Source of the DNA: Laetmonice hystrix
Taxonomy: Eukaryota
Direction: 5' to 3'
Length of the DNA: 64,000 bases
Assembly: GCA_965235115.1 (NCBI GenBank)
Contig: OZ249436.1
Location: 32,676,001-32,740,000 of the forward strand
This document shows, piece after piece, positions 55,601 through 64,000 of this stretch. Each line of letters starts with the position of its first letter. Positions within the stretch are counted from its first letter, which is position 1. A model generated the notes under the pieces. It searched no databases, had not been told where the DNA came from, and saw only the letters and a program-made list of their open reading frames with translations. The position numbers were made by a program, and so were the translations under genes.

Positions 55601-58600
55601 AAGAGATGAAGGTCAATGAATTGGACTGAAAATTATATCTAGCAAAACATCATATAAATATCCGTAGCTGTTCAGGGAGAAACATTTACCGCATCTTGTT
55701 ACACAGAATTCAACACAACAAATTGATTTGCTTTTGGAAGTGTCACATTCACTTTCCTATTATTAGGCAAGGGGTGCTGAATATTGATGTATTTGGATTT
55801 CAGATGTACAGGCATTATGAGTTTGTCCCGTGCAAAGACCTGGGTGTCCACATACAGTACGTAATATGAGCTTATCAGTGAAGTCTATTTTAACGCAGCT
55901 GATTAAAATGTTATCTCGACTAGAAGCCTATGCACCAACAGAAACATAGGGAATTGGAATTATATCACCGTCTTCAACCCAACATCTCCTGTAGGATTGA
56001 AAAATATATTGCCAGTAATTTAAAACAAAGCCTCGAAAGAGATTGTCCCATTTTAGCATAAGAATAGTGGTAAAAATTGTCCAAATTTGATATCTGGACG
56101 TCAAGATAATAAAATTGGTGGTTTCAGAATATGAGTTTTCTTAATCAGGTTTGATGTACAGCTCAAAGCCTGTTGTTTCTTTATCAGGACTGTTGGTGGC
56201 CGGACCATCATTGCATCTGTACAGCCAGGCAGTGTCGCAGAGGAAGATGTGAGTGTACCCCGGACCGTAAAATCTCTGATTGAAGTCGCACCTTTAATAG
56301 AAGTCGCACCCCCGTTTTTGGAATCTTTACTTTTCCCCCATCGATTTAGTTAAAATCTCTAGTAGAAGTCGCAGGTAGACTTTTAACATTTGACCCAAAT
56401 GGACGGTCTGTTAATTTGTTAATAAAATATATTTGTCCCTGAAAGTACTGCTAATGTTAATAAAATATTCATCCGACGAGTTATTTACCATGACCCAATC
56501 CCTATTTTAATGATCAGTATAGCTTAAGCAAAGTCCATAATTCATAAGACTCGACACCAGTGGGAGGGAAGCACGTGGTCTCTGTAGTGGTGCCACCTGG
56601 TGTTTTCTAAGATAACTATTCTCACGAGCTCAGCCAAAATCTCTAACAGAAGTCGCACCCCTACTTTTGGCCTTCTCTTCAGAGTATTTCCAAACTGAAT
56701 CTCTAATAAAAGTCGCGACTTCTATTAGAGATTTTACGGAATTGGAATACATGTACTTGCATCAGGGTCAGCAAATCAAGTGACCAAGTCAATCAAAAAA
56801 TCAGTCTGGGCAATTACAACAATACCTTTGTAGTAGGCCAATCTGGTATAGACCTATACATAGGTATAGGTATTGGCAGGATTGCAGTGAATGGTCTAAA
56901 CCAAAGTTGGAGGATTTTGGATCCTGACACTGCAAATGCAATATAGACCACTGGCTCACATCAAATTCAGGCTATCGCCATCTTGGTGGTCTAAGGATTT
57001 GGAGTAACTAGTTGAATAATAATATTAGTGGACTAAAACTTAGTTTTATTCTGTTTATTTGTGGGCCTACCATTTTTCAGGCGATTTTTTTCTTGTATGT
57101 CTTCTTGGAGATTTGGCAACAAGGCCTGCAACTTCAGAGTCCCCCGAGCCTCGATCACAACGTTCAGAGCCATTTCCTGTTGTGGTTCATTGCATAAAAT
57201 TATTCATTTCATTCTTATTCATAACATTGTTGATGATGACTTGGTAAAAAATTGTGGCATGTTATTGGACAACTGCTGTTCAAATTTCAGTTTGTTTTCC
57301 ATTATTTGCACCTAGAAATATGTAATGACACTGGGCCTTGCCTGCGTATGACATGGTAGGCATTGGAATGATGCAGCATGCAGCTGAACTTATTCATTGG
57401 AAATCGATTTCTGGCAACACCAGAAATGTGGTGTTTGGGAGACACCAGCCTTTTTTTAATCGATGGAGCAGTCAGTTCAGTTGCAGGTCCATCACTTCAA
57501 AATTTGGTGTGATGATACGGCAGATGTGAAATTGTATCAAACTTTTGATGTTTATTTAATAAAATGCAGACTCATAACAAATGACTTGAGTACAACAGAG
57601 GTCATGATGTGTCGGTCAAACCTGGATATTCATTGCCATATTTATGTACATGTACATGATTCTGTACTGAAAATGCTTTTGAGAACTCATGCCATCATTC
57701 ACTCTCACAGTTTCAAGGTTATAGCATTAAATTATCGGCTCAGAGTTGACACCTTTCCAAATTTTTTGGTGTCAGTTAAAAATTTGTATTTATATACAGT
57801 TTCAGTGTAAGGCACCTTAATATATGCATGTTTTCCTTTGTAGGGAAAAATTGGTGCTGGAGATGTACTTGATGAATTATGCAGAGAGCCTCTAAGAGGA
57901 GCAAAGAAGAACAAAGTATGTTCATCTCTTTGTTTCATATTGACTTCTGTACTTGCACAGTTCACAAGATCTTTTTTCGTAAAAAGAAAAGTTCTTGTGA
58001 TTTATACTGCAACAGGCAATTGCTAAGATTAACACAGGGTTTAACAAATCTTCCCCCTACCAGTATTATCTTGAGTGCAGCTAAAACTTCTGTGTGTTCA
58101 GGCAAATGCCCCAATATATGGCACTATTTGGATTGTCGACCCGTTGATCTATGCTGTTATGGTATGCTTTAAATATAAAAATCTGTAGAATGTATAACTG
58201 CTGAAATATAAAGAAGTTTTCTCACCCCAGCATTGAATAGTAATTATTATATGTAACTCATTCTTTATTATCTCAATTATTTCATATACTGGTGGTTTTC
58301 ACAAAGTTTCCTTTTAATTCCAGATATATAATATATTGAAGCAAAACCAGGGTTTTCCAGTAGATGTAAGAGTAGTAAAGGTGAGACCATCTTTAATATG
58401 TCAATATTAGAAATCATCCAATGTATTAGTCTAGTGAGAGTAGAACAAGTCGTATACTAATTTCAACTTCTAGATTTTGTAGAGTTATCATGATGTGTGG
58501 CCTACGTGCTCTGTTGAAAACTTTACTTAGTTAATCCCATCGTAACATTTGAGAAGCTCATTGATCTAAATGACACCCACTGTTTGCAGTGCCACTTGGA

Positions 58601-61600
58601 GGATGGGTCAATGTTCCGGCCGATAGGAGAATTACTGCGGAGACTTGGCTCCGATGTCGCTTCCCTTCAGCAAGTGTTGGACGAGGAAGAAAGTCGCCGC
58701 CAAGGGTCTGGTCGCATCCCACCCCATGCCCAGCTTCCGGAGGACGAGTATGAAGAATTACCTGTACACAACGCTGAGGACAGGTAGGCCAACAGTCCAT
58801 CCTGCTAACTTCAGTTTTTTTTTCAAGGCAGCTGCTAACAGCAGCTTGTATGTGATGGCATGTTCTCTCTCACTTGGTTGTTGACAGAATGTCATGAGAT
58901 CAACTGTGTACATACTTCATGTATATTTATGAGCCCCACTCATACCTGGATCAAAATTTCGTAGAAATTGTTAACGTGGTCCAGGTGCCTTAAAGTTTGA
59001 TAACGTTTGGTAATGTTTGGTAATTGGATAGTTTTCAGACGGTAAATCATGATGTCAGTGATGCAGTAATATTTGTTATTAAAATGGATGCAATAACTGC
59101 TGGACTGATGAAGTTCTTTTGTCATCAAATTATATTGAAATTTACTCCAGATTATTTATGATCTGAGTGTTCATCAGGCAAGTTCAAATATCCTTGACTC
59201 TTTAAACAACACCAGTAATTACGTTTTTTTTATATTTTAGGGCCCAATATTTAGTGCAATGTATAGGAAAGATGGACATTGGCCAGGTGAGTTGTCATCG
59301 TGTGAGATTAAAGCCCCAGTCCCACCAAAGCCGATTGTACGATGTTTAATGCCGTTCTATCAAGATCTGAAATTTAGTTTACCGTAAGTCGTGATGAATC
59401 GTGATAAAATCATGACAACCCGAAGAGCTAGCTACGAATCTATCATGTTCTATCCCGACATCGGCCCGACCTTCCCGACAGCGCAACGACTAAAGCAACG
59501 TTCACTGCCGACCTATGCAGATTGAGCTTCGACCTCCCCGATCCCGGCCCGATGTATGGCGACCTATACCAAGATTGACAAACGATGTAGCAACGTTCTA
59601 TGCCGTGCCCCAGCCGAGCTACGACCTGTCCCGATGACATCAGGTCTAGATCAGGGCTAAAGCCCCAGTCCCACTAAAGCCGAATTAGCTACGACGTGTC
59701 ACGATCTGATAAATCGTGTAGAATCTGGAAAGGTCCTAACTCGGTCGTACAGTAGTCTTGATAGATAGATCCTCATAGGTCGGGATAGGCCACGATTGCA
59801 CCCCGACAATTTTAAACTGTTCAAAACAATCGGCATTGGTCGGGAAAAAGCTCAAATCGGGGATATACCGGAGGTCAAACGTTGCTCAGTCGGGAATAGT
59901 CGGGGGACAATCGGGATAGTTCGTTGTTCAGTCCTGGTTGATCGTAGGACAATCGCCAGACATTTCCTAGATCTAGCCCTGACGTCATCGGGACAGGTCG
60001 TAGCTCGGCTGGGGCTCAGACGGCATAGAACGTTGCTACATCGTTGGTGAAACATCGGGTCGGGTTCTTGATAGGACGTAGCTCAATCTGCATAGGTCGG
60101 CAGAGAACGTTGCTAAGTTGTTTCTCGGTCGGGAAGGTCGGGAGGATGTCGAGATAGAACATGATAGCACGCAGCGTGATCGTTGAGAGATCTTTGGAAA
60201 ACCGTTGCCCAGTCGCCGTTGAACGTGACAATCCGTAGCTAGGTCTTCGGGTTGTCATTATTTCATCACGATTCATCACGACTTAAAATAAATTTTAGAT
60301 CTTGATAGAACGGCATGGAACGTAGTACAATCGGCTTTGGTGGGAGTGGGGCTTAATTTTCTGGCAATTGTCCTACGATAAACCAGGACTGAACAACGAA
60401 CTATCCCGATTGTTCCCCGACTATATTCCCGACTGAGCAACGTTTGACCTACGATATAGCCCCGATCTGAGCTTTTTCCCGACCAATGCCGATTGTTTTG
60501 AACAGTTCAAAATTGTCGCGACCTATGAGGATCTATCAAGACTACTCTACGACCGAGTTAGGACCTTTCCCGATTCTACACGATTTATCAGATAGTGACA
60601 CGTCGTAGCTAATTCGGCTTTGGTGGGACTGGGGCTTAACATTGCTTTATATCTACTATTTACGTACATTTTGAAATAATCGTTTTTGACATTTCTGTAC
60701 TATGATGCCAGCTTAATAATTCTTATTTTAGCGACTCAGATTTATGAAATCTTTGTGCCACATAGAAATCTCCAAGGTACCAGTAGTTTACACAATCCAA
60801 TTGCCAGTGGGATTTTAATTTTATGCTGTCAAAATAATTTCTGAACTCAGGTATTACAGGTATAAAGAGGTATTACTCCCTAATGGTGTTGGACATGGCT
60901 GACTGACAGAGTTCAGCAGGAGAAGGGCCTGTGCTGCCACATAGAATTGATGACTCTACTCTGCTCAAATTTCATTTGTCCAGGATGGAGGAGTTCACAA
61001 AGTGGAGGGTGCAGTTCACCACCAGATGGCCGTAACCAAGGACGCCACTCCTACGGTAAGGTCAATTAGGCCATTCATGTTTCCTTAATACCGTTGACAC
61101 ACCAAAAACGGTTTTGTTCAATGCGCTTCGAACCGCATTGAATCCACATATGGATGTGGTTTGGGTTCAATGCGATTCAACCGTGTTTGGTGTGTCGCGA
61201 ACCGTATCAATGCAAATTGAAGCCCTTTGAAGTGCATTGGAGCGTCGGTGTGTCAATGGTATTATACAAGTTGTACCCAATAGGAAAGCTATCATTACTT
61301 ATCCTTATTTGCTTCAAAATAATCCATGAAAAACATAAAGAGAGAAGCATACTCAGGCTTGAACTCCATCACCCGTTCTTGGTTGTTTTCTTTCAACTTT
61401 GGTACGAGGTGTGGCTAAGAATGTAAGCTTTTTTATGGAATGAAGTGTCATAGGCACTCCCTGTGTTAATGCAAACAGATGAGAAAGAGGTGGAATAGAT
61501 GCAGAAATTTCCTCTTGACATCGAGAAAGGACTGATGAGTCCCATGGTTTTAGCGATTTAAAATATATGGGCGGGAAACTATGCACGTGTTATATTATTT

Positions 61601-61762
61601 GCTCCATATGATTGAGGCGTTCACTTCGCACATAACATAAGCACTATTGACGCATGATTTGGAGTTGAACTCTGGCTTACCTTCTAAGTTCTATGGTTTC
61701 AGTGGGTGTTATTTGAGCTGGGAGAAACTGATGTTCTCGTCACCGACAGGAAAACAAATAAG
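43666..61762 (+). CDS. Uncharacterised RUN + PDZ + PTB/PID-like domain protein; 16 coding exons (384 codons) traced, C-terminus not found in the window
   Basis: Exons 43666-43702, 48501-48608, 49065-49152, 52873-52924, 54330-54437, 54692-54740, 54967-55025, 55468-55503, 55804-55856, 56188-56248, 57844-57915, 58324-58380, 58590-58783, 59241-59286, 60984-61055, 61703-61762 are all GT-AG and phase-compatible with no stop. RUN hallmarks: FCEVLELIFRKGLK, KDFWNWI, GRGRHFIRVALQRK, WY..S. PDZ-like: KDLGVHI...IIASVQPGSVAEEDGKIGAGDVLDEL. PTB-like start: YLVQCIGKMDIG...VLFELGETDVLVTD. Confidence 0.85.
44050..45410 (+). pseudogene. Intronless, frameshifted and truncated transposase-like ORF nested in intron 1 of the RUN-domain gene
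   Basis: 421-codon ORF 44050-45315 with an N-terminal Cys cluster, an SVFDNEQ motif and a CVEC...CTNC zinc ribbon. Protein-like sequence (GEPDFLNPNSYNNIITILHNI) continues in the +1 frame after an A8 run at 45272-45279 and ends near 45410. The transposon origin is inferred, not verified. Confidence 0.55.
45953..47067. mobile_element. PIF/Harbinger-type non-autonomous element with TAA target duplication
   Basis: TAA|AGCCCGCCGTACACT...TTTGCCCAACTC at the left and GAGTTGGGCAAAA...AGTGTACGGCGGGCT|TAA at the right. Subterminal CTCCCGA/TCGGGAG repeats are present. Confidence 0.85.
49303..52388. mobile_element. TA-flanked MITE (Tc1/mariner-pogo type termini) interrupted by the minisatellite
   Basis: TA|CAGTCAAACCTGGATAAT at the left and ATTGTCCAGGTTTGACTG|TA at the right form an 18-bp inverted repeat with one mismatch. 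Size without the array is about 456 bp. Confidence 0.8.
49537..52158. repeat. Minisatellite of about 65 copies of a 40-bp unit (GCACCTCCCGCCCCACAGTCATACCTCCCACCCCACCGTC) made of two related 20-bp subunits
   Basis: Direct reading of the tandem array. It has a strong C-rich/G-rich strand asymmetry and explains the three spurious Pro/His/Thr-rich ORFs. Confidence 0.99.
56265..56739. mobile_element. MITE with CCGTA...TACGG termini (Tc1/mariner-pogo type)
   Basis: CCGTAAAATCTCTGATTGAAGTCGC ... GCGACTTCTATTAGAGATTTTACGG inverted repeat and repeated internal GAAGTCGCAC motifs. The flanking TA duplication is not intact. Confidence 0.75.
59312..60636. mobile_element. PIF/Harbinger-type MITE, outer copy, split by a nested copy of the same family
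   Basis: TAA|AGCCCCAGTCCCACCAAAGCCGA ... TCGGCTTTGGTGGGACTGGGGCT|TAA, a perfect 23-bp terminal inverted repeat. Confidence 0.9.
59661..60353. mobile_element. PIF/Harbinger-type MITE, inner copy, opposite orientation
   Basis: TAA|AGCCCCAGTCCCACTAAAGCCGA ... TCGGCTTTGGTGGGAGTGGGGCT|TAA. The internal sequence is the reverse complement of the outer copy. Confidence 0.9.
61088..61262. mobile_element. Short MITE of about 175 bp
   Basis: ATACCGTTGACACACC ... GGTGTGTCAATGGTAT inverted repeat (one mismatch), with TA on both flanks. Confidence 0.75.
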
Positions 61763-64000
61763 GTACGTAGAATCACTGTAACTTTGTTGTTGTCAGGTTG
61801 CTGCCACGGTTGGTTGCTGTATAGCGTGTGCACAGTGCCTGTGGTATCGCTGCAGCAAATACGGAAACTAATTGGTTTTCATCCCAAGAAGCCCATCAGG
61901 AAACAGACGCGATGTATTTGATTATTATGGTAACTGCTAGTGGCTAAATGAGGTTTATCAGAGAATGCCTGCCAGTTCCTGCCACAAGTCTATCAACAGG
62001 TCACACCCTGTCATTAACTAGTTGATTGCCATGCATAGCTCAAATCATGCAGGTAAGCTACCAGTAAGTTAGCAGGAAATATGATACAAAAACTGTTACC
62101 ACGGTATATCTTTTAAAGCAGTAGTACAAACCGCTTATTGAACTTGTTGACTACAAGGGCGACACCCTGATATATGCAAAGGGATGTCGTTGTTTATGGT
62201 AACTGGTTCGTACACTCCTTGAAAACCTTGAAAAGTGCTTGAATTTTGACATTTCCCAATCTCTCGGAAGTCCCAAGCAGTGTGACCTTCAGTGAGACCT
62301 AGTACCCGACGAGGTGGCTCGCCCAAAATGGACCACCTAATCTGGACCCCGAAATGAAATTGTCAAGGGACCAGCCCAGTTGGGTCTGATAGTCCAGCCC
62401 CTGGAGTATGTGGTCCAGCCGTCCACTAGTCCCAATCTCTCGGAAGTCCCGAGCAGGGCAGCCTACAGTGATACCTATTACTGCACAAGGTCTGCGATTG
62501 AATCTGCAACCAGTAAGCAGTAGCTAACTTCACACTGCTAACAATATCACTAAAAACCGAGTGAAGGCAAAGAAGATATTGGCAATTAGGCATTGAAAAG
62601 AATAAATAAAACGGTAATTTAAACATAAATATAAACAGATTTTGGTGAGTGTGGCTCGTTAATAAACAATGTAAAGTAAAAAGTAGAGAAGAAGTGCCAC
62701 TGATTATTGGAAAATGAATGTGTTTTAGAGGAATGTTTTTTGTACAGTTATTAAAGATCATGTACAATTTTTAATTTAACATGCCAACAGGCAATCATGC
62801 AATGGTTTTTGTGTAAGTGTGTGGTCGTATGTTCGTGATGCTGAATAGAGAAGTTTCCTTAAACAATTCAACCATCAGCCTACCTTTCTTGATATTTTTG
62901 AAAACTTATGTAAAATGTGTCAAAAAATGAAGCTTGTGCTCTGTGCTTTTCAGGCCCCATCGCCAATTGGCCAATCACAGTGGCTTTTCCCATGTCCCAT
63001 TAAGTTTTAAATTAGTGAATTTAAATTAGCGATTTATCATCAATATTTTTGAAAGTTTATTCCAGGGTTGTCAGTGAATTCCCACACGGGTACGATTTAG
63101 TAGATTCAAGAGGGATGACGGGGCACCTTTCCTTCTCTCAGACATTCCCTATCGTATTTCAGATCATGAGGAGTTTCATGTCTGCTATCGGCCTAGGGAC
63201 ATGGAAGTGTCTGCTATCAAGTGTCGGCTATCTGTCTTTTACTCACACACACCTGAGTCAGTGTCTGTGCTAGGACGACCTTATGTAATGATACCAGTAT
63301 TTCCAGGGTCTGTGAAGTGTCTGACGGTGTAAAAGCAGATAAACCTTCACCATAACAGAGTGCGTTGGGGTGACACTAAAAGTAGCAAAAGCGCTGACCA
63401 TTGACAAATCATGAATACGTACGGAGCAGACAAATTAGAAATGACAACTTAAATCGTAATATTGGGACGTTTGCGCTTTGAAACGTGACCAGACTTCATA
63501 GGCCGACTTACTGAGGGCTGATGGATAGTATATAGATCGACTTCAGCCACCGTGAAGAACAAGCTGTCTGTAATAATTAGGCTACGGTTTGCCAGAGCCA
63601 GCTTTTAATGTCCCACAACAGGGCACTGACTCGTTTCTGTCATTTGAACCATGAAACTAAATACATGTGTGGTAGCCCGTGCATGGGGACTTATTACAAA
63701 TATGGACACATGGTTTGGGAGTCGGCACGCTTGAAGGATATACCAAAAGGACCTTCGAACTGTCTTAGTCGCGGCCATTTTAGGTACACAGTACACAATG
63801 TACTTGTTAATATAAAAAGTTATCTTGATTTATTTCATACCAGTGGCATGATCTTTTTACAGAGCACTATTGCAGTGAATTCTGAAACCATCAAAGTGGA
63901 TAATAACACGCTTTGATAATAACATCTTTGGCTTTGTAGCTTTTTACTTATTTATTTTTAATGGAATTTATGTCACATGAACATCGCTAAAAGTTTTTTT

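Noticed and set aside
61763..64000. Further exons of the RUN-PDZ-PTB gene, for example after the acceptor-like site near 63163
   Set aside because: Translations do not resemble a PTB continuation. The remaining exons probably lie beyond the window.

Overview
Eukaryotic (metazoan, probably invertebrate) genomic DNA with spliceosomal introns. It holds four multi-exon genes in two tightly spaced head-to-head pairs. (1) An axonemal outer-arm dynein beta-type heavy chain on the minus strand (45 coding exons traced, 30792 down to 986, 3' end off the window) is divergent from a complete PGS1 (31075-37554). (2) A complete GALK1 on the minus strand (43253-38453) is divergent from an uncharacterised RUN-PDZ-PTB protein gene (16 small exons, 43666 to at least 61762, apparently continuing off the right edge) that is almost invisible in the ORF track. 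The introns carry many short inverted-repeat elements with TAA, TA, 5-bp and 6-bp target duplications. The best second-look items are: a 2.6-kb G-quadruplex-type 40-bp minisatellite bracketed by an 8-bp direct repeat and sitting inside a TA-flanked MITE; the hidden RUN-PDZ-PTB gene; an intron-nested, frameshifted transposase-like ORF of unclear family; a MITE inserted into a copy of itself; dynein-PGS1-GALK1 linkage echoing human 17q25; and two GC-AG introns. All exon boundaries were read by eye and family assignments are from recall, not database searches.
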